Shown here one piece after another: positions 23,406 through 32,385 of a stretch of 64,000 bases of DNA (the stretch's first letter is position 1; the number at the start of each line of letters is the position of its first letter). A program made the translations under genes and the position numbers. Source of the DNA: an uncultured Gemmatimonadaceae bacterium (GTDB taxonomy: Bacteria > Gemmatimonadota > Gemmatimonadetes > Gemmatimonadales > Gemmatimonadaceae); NCBI GenBank assembly GCA_963829055.1, contig CAWHHI010000004.1:128001-192000 (forward strand), given 5' to 3'. The notes beneath the pieces are model-generated. The model made no database searches. It was given only the letters and a program-made list of their open reading frames with translations, and had not been told where the DNA came from.

Positions 23406-23888
23406 TCAGATCCCGAGTCCGAGATTCAGGTAGTACCGCGTCCGGCGATCGTTCTCGAAACCCGCCACCGGTCGATACACGCCGAGACCCGCGTTCACGA
23501 GAAAGAACGACGCCCTGAACTCGCCGCCCACGAGTGTCTGGCCCGACTCCAGCTGGGCCGGCGATCCCCACGTGCGCATGGCGGAGCCGAGTAGCTCGAT
23601 CCCTGACGCGAACGGTCCCGCGAAGAGATAGCCAGCACTCATGCGCGTACCGCCCAGCGCCACCTCGGCGATCGCCAATGGGCCAGCGAACGGCAACGGT
23701 CCCGTCGGCTGACCGTAGGCGACGCCGAGCGCGAAGCCGGCCCGCAGGGGAGGGCCGAATCGAAACCCCGGGAGCAACTCCGCACGCCGTTGTGCGAAAG
23801 CGCTTTGCGGAATGCCGGCTTCGACCATCACGATGAGGACAGCAATGCCCCGCCACATCCATCGTGATCTCGATCGCCGCACTCGCAT
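23406..23888 (-). CDS. hypothetical exported protein, possible small beta-barrel
   Basis: signal-like N-terminus (..SAFAQ), alternating Gly/aromatic strands, ends YYLNLGLGI. Confidence 0.6.
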   Translation of the reverse strand: MRVRRSRSRWMWRGIAVLIVMVEAGIPQSAFAQRRAELLPGFRFGPPLRAGFALGVAYGQPTGPLPFAGPLAIAEVALGGTRMSAGYLFAGPFASGIELLGSAMRTWGSPAQLESGQTLVGGEFRASFFLVNAGLGVYRPVAGFENDRRTRYYLNLGLGI

Positions 23889-23967
23889 CTCCGCTGGTTC
23901 CGGGTTTCACCTCCCCCGCGAAAGTCGCGGGCGAGGCTGGCAGGGGCAAGGCGTGCGCCAACCCCGG

Positions 23968-24323
23968 ATGCCGTGTTCTACCCTATGGAGCCGCCGCGGC
24001 AGGACGCTGCTCGAGCTCATCGTCGCCCACGCGCTGCTCGGCTCATTCTGGCGATCGCGGCTCCGCCGTTCCTCGTCCCAGCTCAGAAGCAGAAGACGTT
24101 CGTCGGCGCGCCCAAGACGCTGCCAATGTCCCGATCGACATCCACGTTCGCGGCGGCGTCATGCACAACGATCACGCAGGGCCTGGCGAACGCGTTAGGC
24201 GACTTCCACGCCGACATCATCGCCGGTACGCAGACCACGAACGTGAGGGTGCTCGTGATCTCGGAGTTCCGCCGCGACGTCCGCGAGAACTCGGCGCGCG
24301 CGTGGCGACGTTCCGAGGAGTAA
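23968..24323 (+). CDS. possible prepilin/pseudopilin-like protein (frameshifted)
   Basis: RRG-RTLLELIVAHALLG then, in the next frame, LILAIAAPPF; resembles the type IV N-methylation motif G^FTLIELLV. Confidence 0.45.
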
Positions 24324-24545
24324 CCAAGTAGGCCGCTGGGTGCTTCTTGCTGCGTGCGCTGCGACTTGCTGCTTGCACGTCGCTCGGGCTCCGCGCGGCG
24401 CGCTGCGACCAGCGGCTGCGTTCAGCGTGCTCGCTGCGCGCAACATGCAGTTACACGCAGAACCAGGCCGCTGTTACGATGACTTCACTGAGCGGTCCCT
24501 CGCTGTCGCTGCAAGAGCAAGTCCCCGGTCCCGCCACGAGCCGCG

Positions 24546-25139
24546 TTAGGGATTTACAACGACAGACCCACTCATTCCCGGGTGCAGCGAGCAGTCGAAC
24601 GGGAATGTCCCCGCCGTCGTGAACGCGCGCGTGACCGACTGCGCCGACGTCGTCGGGATATCCGCCGGTTTTCCCGTGCGGGCCGCGAAGACCACGCTGT
24701 GCTGATCCGCGGGGAAATCGAACAGGATCGACTGGCCGACCTTGATCGTGAGCAGCGACGGCGTGAACGTGTTCCCCGGCATCGTCACGACGGCCGCGAC
24801 CGACCCTGCGGTCACGGTGAACGGGAATGGCGAAGATGTGATGCCCCCCAATGTCGCCGTGAGGGTCGCCGAGCCGGCCGAAAGGCCGATCACCCGCCCC
24901 GTCGAGTTCACATTGAGCACCGTCGTCGGGGTGCTGGCGTAGGTGATCTTTGCGCCCGCGATCGTCAGGCCGTTCACGTCGCGCGCGGTTGTCGTGAGCT
25001 GTACCGGTTCACCGACCGCGATCGTCTGCTTGGGCGCAGTGATGATGACCGAGCCGACCGAGGGCGCGTCGAGCGCACCATCGCCGCCGCAGGCCGACAG
25101 AGCGATCAACGCCGTCGCCAGGGTTGCTGCCACTCTCAT
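24546..25139 (-). CDS. lipoprotein with Ig-like (Big_2) and cupredoxin domains
   Basis: lipobox LSAC; Ig-like repeat; type-1 Cu ligands QHSV...DCSLHPGM. Confidence 0.8.
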   Translation of the reverse strand: MRVAATLATALIALSACGGDGALDAPSVGSVIITAPKQTIAVGEPVQLTTTARDVNGLTIAGAKITYASTPTTVLNVNSTGRVIGLSAGSATLTATLGGITSSPFPFTVTAGSVAAVVTMPGNTFTPSLLTIKVGQSILFDFPADQHSVVFAARTGKPADIPTTSAQSVTRAFTTAGTFPFDCSLHPGMSGSVVVNP

Positions 25140-25414
25140 GAAATCCTCTCGTACTTGCTTCGCGTGGTCCGGCTGACTTCTGCGCCGACGATCGCCGCAG
25201 TCCCCCACATTGTACGCCGGTGCACAACCGCTCGCTACGTCCGTGGACCTTCGCCCATCCACCATTCGTACCACCCACCGTTCTCTCAGAGTCGGGATGC
25301 GTAGGCTCGCGCCAATGACTGTGATTGCGATCACAAACGGCCGAGTCGCGCTGCAGCCGACCGTGCAGTTTCCGTTCGGCGCTGACGACAACTCGGTGTC
25401 GTACGGCCTCGTAG

Positions 25415-25972
25415 TCAGCCTCGGCTTCGGTCTGAAACGGTAGGCGGCGTCAGTGCCGCCAGGAGCGCATCCGGATCCTCCACCCTGATCCCGATGCGTG
25501 CATAACGCTTGTGAATTCCGAATGAGAGTCGAGCGTCGACTGGTTCCTCGAGCACGATCATCACGTTCGGCTCGAGCGGTTTCGCCGTGTTGAGGTAATC
25601 CGGCGGCGGTAGATCCGGAACCGATCGCCACGTCGCCGGTTCGGACGTCGCAATGGACGCACGCGCGAACCGACTCCGCAATCGATTTCCGATCACGATC
25701 TCGACGTCGCGTTCGCCGACCGAGATCCGCGAGTGTGCGCCCGCTCGGACTTCGCGCCATAGCCAGACGAGCGTCGCCACGTTCAGCGCCGTGATCGCCC
25801 ACGCCCATGGCTCGCTCCGCGACGCGACCCACAGGTGCAGCACGGCGCCTTCGATCACGAGGACGCCGCCAAAGCCGGCAGCGACGGCTCCCGGCAGCCC
25901 GCCCTCGAGCGAGAACGTGCGCTCGGCGTGAACGGCGTCGGTCGCCTGTCCAGTCTGTCCTGTGGACGTCAT
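25415..25972 (-). CDS. hypothetical membrane protein
   Basis: two hydrophobic helices followed by a soluble domain. Confidence 0.6.
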   Translation of the reverse strand: MTSTGQTGQATDAVHAERTFSLEGGLPGAVAAGFGGVLVIEGAVLHLWVASRSEPWAWAITALNVATLVWLWREVRAGAHSRISVGERDVEIVIGNRLRSRFARASIATSEPATWRSVPDLPPPDYLNTAKPLEPNVMIVLEEPVDARLSFGIHKRYARIGIRVEDPDALLAALTPPTVSDRSRG

Positions 25973-26034
25973 CGCCGTAACCTACCGGCCGCTGCGGTCG
26001 TGGCGAAAGGCGCACGCCGGGACCATCTTCCGCC

Positions 26035-27711
26035 GTGACTCACGTGTCGCCCGTACACCCGAGGAGGACTACTGTGCACGCGTCCCGTCTCTCCGTGTTC
26101 TGCCTAACGTCAGCTCTCTGCGTGACCACCGCCGCCGCCCAACAGCGCGCCGCGATACCCGCGGCGAAGCTCGACGGCTTCAAGCGCGAAGCCATCGCCG
26201 ACGTCGACGGCAGAGCGAAGTTCACGCAGCAGATGGTCGACCAGATCTTCAGCTTCGGCGAGCTCGGATTCCAGGAAGTCGAAACGTCGAAGTTCCTCGT
26301 GAAGATTCTCCGCGACAACGGCTTCACGGTCGAAGAAGGCGTGGCTGGCATCCCGACCTCGTGGGTCGCGACGTGGGGGTCCGGCAAACCGGTGATCGCC
26401 GTCGGCTCGGACATCGACGGGATTCCGCAGGCGTCTCAGAAACCCGCGGTCGCGTGTCACGCCGCGCTCGTTCCCGGCGCGCCCGGCCACGGTGAAGGCC
26501 ACAACACCGGACAGCCAGTGAACATCACGGCCATCCTCGCCGTGAAGAAGATCATGGAGCGCGAGAAGCTCCCCGGCACGCTCAAGGTCTGGCCCGGAGT
26601 GGCCGAGGAGCAGTTGGGGACGAAGGCGTATCTCGTGCGCGCGGGCGTGTTCAAGGATGTCGACGTCGCGCTGTTCTCGCACGTCGGCGCCAACCTCGGT
26701 ACGGCGTGGGGACCGGGCGGTGGGTCGGGGCTCGTGTCCGTGTTGTACTCGTTCGAGGGGCAGGCAGCACACGCCGCGGGCGCACCGTGGCGCGGCCGCA
26801 GCGCGCTCGACGCTGTGGAGCTCATGGACATTGGCTGGAACTACCGCCGCGAGCACCTGCGACTGCAGCAGCGGTCGCACTATGTGATCCCCGACGGCGG
26901 CGATCAGCCTAACGTCGTCCCGACGACCGCCTCGGTCTGGTACTACTTCCGCGAGCTCACGTACCCGCAGATCAAGACGATGTGGGCCATGGGCGACTCC
27001 GTCGCGCAGGGCGCCGCGCTCATGACCGGCACGCGGCTGGTGGGGGAGCGCGTCCTGGGCTCGGCGTGGCCGCAGCATTTCAATCGTCCGATCGCCGAAG
27101 CGATGTTCGCGAACATCAAGCGCGTCGGGCTGCCGACATGGAGTGACGCGGATCAGACGCTCGCGAAAGCCGTGCAGAAGGAGATGGGCTCGAAGGAAGA
27201 GGGCATGCCGCTGCGCCTCGACAGCACCATCACGCCCGAGCCCGAGGAACGGAACATGGGCGGTGGCTCCGATGACATTGGCGACGTGTCGTGGAACGTG
27301 CCGACCGTGACGCTGCGGTACCCGTCGAACATTCCGGGGTTGCCCGGGCATCACTGGTCGAGCGCGATCGCCTCCGCGACGCCCATCGCGCACAAGGGCG
27401 CAACCGCGGGCGCGAAAGCCATGGCGACGACGATTCTGGACATCATCGCGAAGCCGGCGCTGGTGGACAGCGCGTGGTCCTACTTCCGGAACGTGCAGAC
27501 GAAGGAGACGAAGTACGAGCCGCTCATGCGCCCTAACGAGAAGCCGGCGACGTTCCTCAACGCGGACATCCTCGACCGGTTCCGTCCGCAGATGCGCCGG
27601 TTCTACTACGACCCCACGAAGTACGCGACGTATCTGGAGCAGCTCGGTATCCAGTACCCGACGCTCCGGAAGTCCAAGGAGAAGTGCGAAGACACGCCCA
27701 CCGTGCCGTGA
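26035..27711 (+). CDS. secreted M20 amidohydrolase (AbgB-like)
   Basis: ELGFQE, GHGEGHN, AEEQ, GRSALDAVELM, GGSDDIGDVSW; true start may be 26074. Confidence 0.9.
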   Translation: MTHVSPVHPRRTTVHASRLSVFCLTSALCVTTAAAQQRAAIPAAKLDGFKREAIADVDGRAKFTQQMVDQIFSFGELGFQEVETSKFLVKILRDNGFTVEEGVAGIPTSWVATWGSGKPVIAVGSDIDGIPQASQKPAVACHAALVPGAPGHGEGHNTGQPVNITAILAVKKIMEREKLPGTLKVWPGVAEEQLGTKAYLVRAGVFKDVDVALFSHVGANLGTAWGPGGGSGLVSVLYSFEGQAAHAAGAPWRGRSALDAVELMDIGWNYRREHLRLQQRSHYVIPDGGDQPNVVPTTASVWYYFRELTYPQIKTMWAMGDSVAQGAALMTGTRLVGERVLGSAWPQHFNRPIAEAMFANIKRVGLPTWSDADQTLAKAVQKEMGSKEEGMPLRLDSTITPEPEERNMGGGSDDIGDVSWNVPTVTLRYPSNIPGLPGHHWSSAIASATPIAHKGATAGAKAMATTILDIIAKPALVDSAWSYFRNVQTKETKYEPLMRPNEKPATFLNADILDRFRPQMRRFYYDPTKYATYLEQLGIQYPTLRKSKEKCEDTPTVP

Positions 27712-29105
27712 GCACCGCGACGTCGCAGAACTCGACGCCGGAGCTGCTCTACCTCCTGCACGGTGACCCCACCGAGCTCGCCGAAGCGCTCGCCGGGATG
27801 CGGCCGGCGGACATCGCCGAGGCACTCCGTGAGCTCCAGCCGGACGCGGCCGCGAAGGTGATGGCGGCGCTGCCGTTCGATCTCGCGGTGCAGGTGTTCG
27901 ATGAGCCCGAGCTCGAGCGATACCGGTGCGACATCGTGATGCGCATCGATGAGAAGGATGTCGGGCCGCTCATCGATGCCATGTCCGCGGATCAGCAGGC
28001 TGACCTCTTTCGCGAGATCCCGGAGTCAGAGCGGCCGCGGCTTCTCAAGAAGGTCGAGCCGTCGACACGCGAGGCGTTGAAGCTGCTGCTCAAGTACCCG
28101 CCGGACACCGCCGGCGGCATCATGACGACGGAGTTCGTTTCGATTCCAGGGGACTGGACCGTCGACCAGGCGCTCCGGTACATCCGCAAGGTCGCGAACG
28201 CAAAAGAAACCGTCTACGCGATCTACGTGCTCGACCCAACGAGCCGAACGCTCGTGCACGTCGTGTCGCTTCGCGATCTCATGCTGGCCGAGCGTGCGCA
28301 TCCGGTCGCCGAGGTCGGCACTCAGCGTAAACCGATCACGGTGCCGCCGCTTGCCGATCGTGAGGAAGTCGCGCGACTCATCTCGAAATACAATCTCCTC
28401 GCGGTGCCGGTCGTCGATGACGATCAGCGCGTGTTAGGCATCGTGACCGTCGATGACGTCATCGACGCGATCGTCCGCGAGCAGACGGAGGACGTGCAGA
28501 AGTTCGGCGGCCTGGAAGCGCTCGACGAGCCGTACACCGAGATCTCGTTCGGCCGCATGATCCGGAAACGCGGCGGCTGGCTCTGCGCCCTGTTTCTCGG
28601 CGAGATGCTCACGGCCACGGCGATGGGGCACTTCGAGGGCGAGATCGCACGCGCGGTCGTGCTCTCGCTGTTCATCCCGCTCATCATCTCGTCCGGCGGA
28701 AATTCGGGATCGCAGGCGACGTCGCTGATCATTCGCGCGCTCGCGCTGCGCGAGATCACGCTCGGCGACTGGTGGCGGGTCGCCGTGCGAGAGCTTCCCG
28801 CTGGCCTGGCACTCGGCGCGATCCTCGGGGTGATCGGCATCATCCGGATCGTGCTGTGGCAGCAGCTCGGGTGGTACGACTACGGCGCGCACTGGTCGCT
28901 GGTCGCGACGACCGTCGGCGTCGCGCTCGTCGGTGTGGTGACATTTGGATCGCTCGCGGGCTCGATGCTGCCGTTCCTGCTCAAACGCCTTGGCTTCGAT
29001 CCCGCGAGCGCGTCGGCCCCGTTCGTCGCGACGCTGGTGGACGTGACCGGCCTGGTGATCTACTTCTCGGTCGCGTACCTGATGCTCCGCGGCACGTTGC
29101 TCTAG
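27708..29105 (+). CDS. mgtE: magnesium transporter MgtE
   Basis: N domain, CBS pair (TAGGIMTTE, LGIVTVDD), GGNSGSQ, DPASASAPFVATLVDVTG. Confidence 0.95.
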   Translation: MSTATSQNSTPELLYLLHGDPTELAEALAGMRPADIAEALRELQPDAAAKVMAALPFDLAVQVFDEPELERYRCDIVMRIDEKDVGPLIDAMSADQQADLFREIPESERPRLLKKVEPSTREALKLLLKYPPDTAGGIMTTEFVSIPGDWTVDQALRYIRKVANAKETVYAIYVLDPTSRTLVHVVSLRDLMLAERAHPVAEVGTQRKPITVPPLADREEVARLISKYNLLAVPVVDDDQRVLGIVTVDDVIDAIVREQTEDVQKFGGLEALDEPYTEISFGRMIRKRGGWLCALFLGEMLTATAMGHFEGEIARAVVLSLFIPLIISSGGNSGSQATSLIIRALALREITLGDWWRVAVRELPAGLALGAILGVIGIIRIVLWQQLGWYDYGAHWSLVATTVGVALVGVVTFGSLAGSMLPFLLKRLGFDPASASAPFVATLVDVTGLVIYFSVAYLMLRGTLL

Positions 29106-29129
29106 TCGGCGCAGCGGGTTGCTGAACGC

Positions 29130-29503
29130 CTATTCACCGCCGTGGACGCAGCGGACTGCGTCAGCAACCATCCAGAATCGAGAGTGTGAACGGAAACAGC
29201 CGGAAACATCGGATCGGGCGGATGCGGTGACTAACCGGACAGGCATTGGCGCAACGAGCCGTGATCGACAGGGGATCGGTCCCTGGACGCATTAGCCTTC
29301 ACTAGGCCGGTCCCCTTGTTCAACACGCCGCGCCTCAGCGAACTGTCCGGGTCGCGATCGGATCGGGCCTTTTTCAGTAGCGTTTCGAGGCCGTTTCCGT
29401 TCTCGGATCACTCCGTCGATCCTGGATGTCGTGTCGAAGCAGTCCGCCCGGATGGTCGACTGAAGCAGTCCTCGGCGTCCGCTGCGTCCTCTGCGGTGAA
29501 TAG
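29130..29503. repeat. nested (rod-like) inverted-repeat intergenic element
   Basis: concentric arms 29130-29156/29477-29503 (25/27), 29169-29175/29422-29428, 29189-29197/29393-29401, 29235-29242/29343-29350, 29270-29279/29307-29316. Confidence 0.8.
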
Positions 29504-29611
29504 CCGTTGTAGTTGCGTATGGATGCGTGACACGGAGATGGCCAGAAACGTGCGCACTGCTCTCTATGCGCCCCCGCCCCGAAAATCGAAAGTCAACCGC
29601 ACGGAGGAAGC

Positions 29612-29881
29612 ATGACCACGAGTCGCCAGACTCAGGACCTGAATCATCCCGCGATTCGCGAGCTGGTGAACGCGGCGAACGCGCTGCCAACGGATGACCG
29701 CGTCACGCTGCTCAAGGCGCTGGTCCCCGAGATCGCGCGCGAGTTGACGCCGCAGCAGTTCGAGGGCCTGATGGTCGAGCTGCAACTCAAGGGCGCACGC
29801 TTCTACGATGCGCTGTCACACCCGGGGCAGGGACGCGACGCCCGCCACGTGATTGGCGAACGCGACCATGAAGGTCGTTAG
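29612..29881 (+). CDS. small hypothetical protein
   Basis: GGAGG RBS; 89-aa helical-looking ORF with typical codon usage. Confidence 0.7.
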   Translation: MTTSRQTQDLNHPAIRELVNAANALPTDDRVTLLKALVPEIARELTPQQFEGLMVELQLKGARFYDALSHPGQGRDARHVIGERDHEGR

Positions 29882-30564
29882 GCGGCGCTGTCTCCGACAG
29901 GGCCGGAAATCTGAAATCGGCATCGCGGGCGCGGTCCACGCTCACACCGCTGCGTGACCTCGCTTCCCACGAACTCGCTGACGAGGCTCTCCATCGCGCT
30001 GCACGTCTCGGCGTGATGGATCGCGGCAGCGGCCAGCGGGCAGCCGTGGCTCTTGATGATGAGATCGGCGCCTTCCTCCTCGACCTCGGTCAGTCCGCCC
30101 AGCTGATCGAGTAACGCGCTCGCTCCATTGACGCGCTCACGAAGCGTTCCCCTCGGACGAGCGTGTTCTGCGAGCAGCGCGCGCCCTACGTCCCGCATCA
30201 CGCCGTCGAATTCCGTCTGGGTAAGGCGTGCCGCGAGCACATGCAGCAACTGCGTGAGCACCGGGACGTACGCGCGCGACAGCTGTTGCTCGGCCCCATC
30301 TGTGAGCGCGTAGACGTGCGCCGGCTTGGTACGCCCTCGCTGCACGCCGCGCCATTCCACCTGTCGATCCCGCTCCAGAGCCGCGAGCTGTAGCCGGATG
30401 GCTGTGCGCGTCAGCCCGAGCTCGCCGACGAGCTGATCCAGCGTCTGCGGCCCGCGACGCAGCGCAGTGACGACGCGTGTCCGCGTCTGGTCGCGTACCG
30501 CACCGACGTCTTCGATGGGTCTGTCTGCGTCAGAATCTTCGGGAGTATTCATGCGGAAATTCAT
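29878..30564 (-). CDS. winged-HTH transcriptional regulator with Cys/His-rich C-domain (SufR-like architecture)
   Basis: LGLTRTAIRLQLAALERD, GRTKPAHVYALT; HGCP...C...C...C. Confidence 0.8.
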   Translation of the reverse strand: MNFRMNTPEDSDADRPIEDVGAVRDQTRTRVVTALRRGPQTLDQLVGELGLTRTAIRLQLAALERDRQVEWRGVQRGRTKPAHVYALTDGAEQQLSRAYVPVLTQLLHVLAARLTQTEFDGVMRDVGRALLAEHARPRGTLRERVNGASALLDQLGGLTEVEEEGADLIIKSHGCPLAAAAIHHAETCSAMESLVSEFVGSEVTQRCERGPRPRCRFQISGPVGDSAA

Positions 30565-30703
30565 GGGGTCGGCACCGCCCGAAAAGAGCTGGCTTGCGGT
30601 TCCGGATGATGGTCGCCATCATAACAAAAGAAAAAACAGTCAAATGTGTCGTTTCTACAATCTAGGGACACACATTGCCGTCCACCAGCCAGGAGCACAC
30701 ACC

Positions 30704-31312
30704 ATGTTCAACAGCCGCATCTCCGCCCACGTCAGCCTCATTTCCATCATCGCGATTGCCGCCTGCAGCAAATCCGAGAAGCCTGCCGCGGACTCGGCGG
30801 CGAGTGCTGCCACCACCCCGGCTCCCGACACAGCGAAGCCCGCGGCGGCCGCGGCACCCGCGATCAATGATGCACAGATCGCCCACATCGCCGTCACGGC
30901 CAACGCGATCGACAGTACCGCCGGCGCGCTCGCGAAAAAGAAGGCATCGGCGAAGGCCGTGAAGGATTTCGCTCAGACCATGGTGAGCGATCACGCCGGG
31001 GTGAACAAGCAGGCCGTGGCACTCGCGACGAAGCTCAACGTCACGCCCGAGGACAACGACGTCAGCAAGCAGCTCACGGCTGGCGCCGAACAGAACATCG
31101 CCAACTTGCAGAGCCTCAGTGGCGCGGCATTCGACAAGGCCTACATCGACCACGAGGTCGCTTACCACCAGGCCGTTCTCGACGCGCTCGACAAGACGCT
31201 GATCCCGAGCGCCCAGAACGCCGACCTCAAGGCTTTGCTCGTGAAGGTGCGCCCAGCGTTCGTCGCACACCTCGATCGTGCGAAGAGCATCCAGAGCTCC
31301 CTGGCGAAGTAA
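30704..31312 (+). CDS. DUF4142 family lipoprotein
   Basis: lipobox IAAC; VKDFAQTMVSDH, FDKAYIDHEVAYH, AHLDRAK. Confidence 0.9.
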   Translation: MFNSRISAHVSLISIIAIAACSKSEKPAADSAASAATTPAPDTAKPAAAAAPAINDAQIAHIAVTANAIDSTAGALAKKKASAKAVKDFAQTMVSDHAGVNKQAVALATKLNVTPEDNDVSKQLTAGAEQNIANLQSLSGAAFDKAYIDHEVAYHQAVLDALDKTLIPSAQNADLKALLVKVRPAFVAHLDRAKSIQSSLAK

Positions 31313-31651
31313 GTGCGGTCAGGAGTTCGGCGGGGTTGGCACGCGGTCGTCGTAGTCGCGAGTCTCGCGAGTGCGACGGCCGGCTGTTCGCGCCCGAGCC
31401 CGCGCTCACACACGATCGTCATGCGCGACTTCGCGTTCACGCCTGCGGAAGTCGATGTCGCGGAGGGCGACACGATCGTCTGGTCGAATGCCGACTTCGT
31501 TCCCCATACCGCAACCGCCCGTGACGCTGCCTGGGACTCCAAAGCCATCGACGGGAGCGCGACGTGGCGGTTCGTGGCCCGGAAACGAGGGCGCCACGAG
31601 TACTACTGTGCGTTCCACCCGACGATGAAGGCAACGCTCGTGGTTCGTTGA
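31313..31651 (+). CDS. cupredoxin (amicyanin/plastocyanin-like)
   Basis: GDTIVWSN, PHTAT, YYCAFHPTM copper ligands. Confidence 0.9.
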   Translation: MRSGVRRGWHAVVVVASLASATAGCSRPSPRSHTIVMRDFAFTPAEVDVAEGDTIVWSNADFVPHTATARDAAWDSKAIDGSATWRFVARKRGRHEYYCAFHPTMKATLVVR

Positions 31652-31670
31652 TCGACCAGTTCGACTGGCT

Positions 31671-31706
31671 CGAGGGGCGGCGGCGCTAGGCAGCCGCCGC
31701 CCCTCG
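31671..31706. terminator. GC hairpin between convergent genes (possible terminator)
   Basis: perfect 14-bp stem 31671-31684 / 31693-31706; no U-tract. Confidence 0.5.
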
Positions 31707-31716
31707 TCAGACCGCG

Positions 31717-32385
31717 TCAGGTCGACCGCGGCTCCGGCTTCCGCATCGCGAGGCCAAGGCTCACCAGCGAGATCACCAGCGCGACCCACGGGAGCCACTG
31801 TGTCAGACCGCCGCTCTGCGCCGGTGCTGCCGCAGCAGTGCCGGCGGTAGATGCGGAGGCCGGCGCCGCAGCGATCGTCGTCGCGGAGGCCGGAGACTTC
31901 GAGCCCTCGGGCCCGGTCCACTCGACGCGCTGGCCATCGGCATACGTCTGATACGCCGGCCACTCGAGTCGCGCGTCCGTCTTCGGGTTCACCGCCACGA
32001 ACGGGAATTCGATGAACCGTTGCGGCGGCAGCGTGCCGGTCCAGATGGCCGCCGTGATCGCCTTTGCTGAATCCGTCACGATCTCGAGTTGCCAGCCGGG
32101 AACGTCGGCGAACGACGTCACCCGCACGCCGGCGGGGAAGCGCAGCTCGACCTTCGTGGTGGCGACCGCTTTCTCGTTAGGGACGCGCAGCACGTAGCGC
32201 TCGTACGCGCCCAGTGTGGATGTCTTGGGGAAGACCACCGCGTGCGCCCACGACAGGGTGGGCACCGCGACCACAGCGGCCACGAGCGTCGCTGCTGCCG
32301 CGAGTGCAATCCGGCGACGACGCGTCCGCTTAGTACCGGCGCGAAGCGGCGAGAGTGAGGATGAGGACAAGGCGGTGCGTCTCAT
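31717..32385 (-). CDS. YcnI/DUF1775 copper-binding membrane-anchored protein
   Basis: signal ..SWA^HAVV, LRVPNE, PGW, QTYADGQRVEW, C-terminal TM helix. Confidence 0.85.
   Translation of the reverse strand: MRRTALSSSSLSPLRAGTKRTRRRRIALAAAATLVAAVVAVPTLSWAHAVVFPKTSTLGAYERYVLRVPNEKAVATTKVELRFPAGVRVTSFADVPGWQLEIVTDSAKAITAAIWTGTLPPQRFIEFPFVAVNPKTDARLEWPAYQTYADGQRVEWTGPEGSKSPASATTIAAAPASASTAGTAAAAPAQSGGLTQWLPWVALVISLVSLGLAMRKPEPRST

Noticed and set aside
25298..25443. 48-aa ORF resembling an outer-membrane protein C-terminus
   Set aside because: Too short, overlaps the end of a convergent gene, and has no supporting RBS or upstream part; possibly a remnant.
26110..27825. Long antisense/shadow ORFs (also 13391-14794, 48567-49775, 60697-62256)
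   Set aside because: Arg/Ala-rich, motif-free, and overlapping well-supported genes; expected in high-GC DNA.
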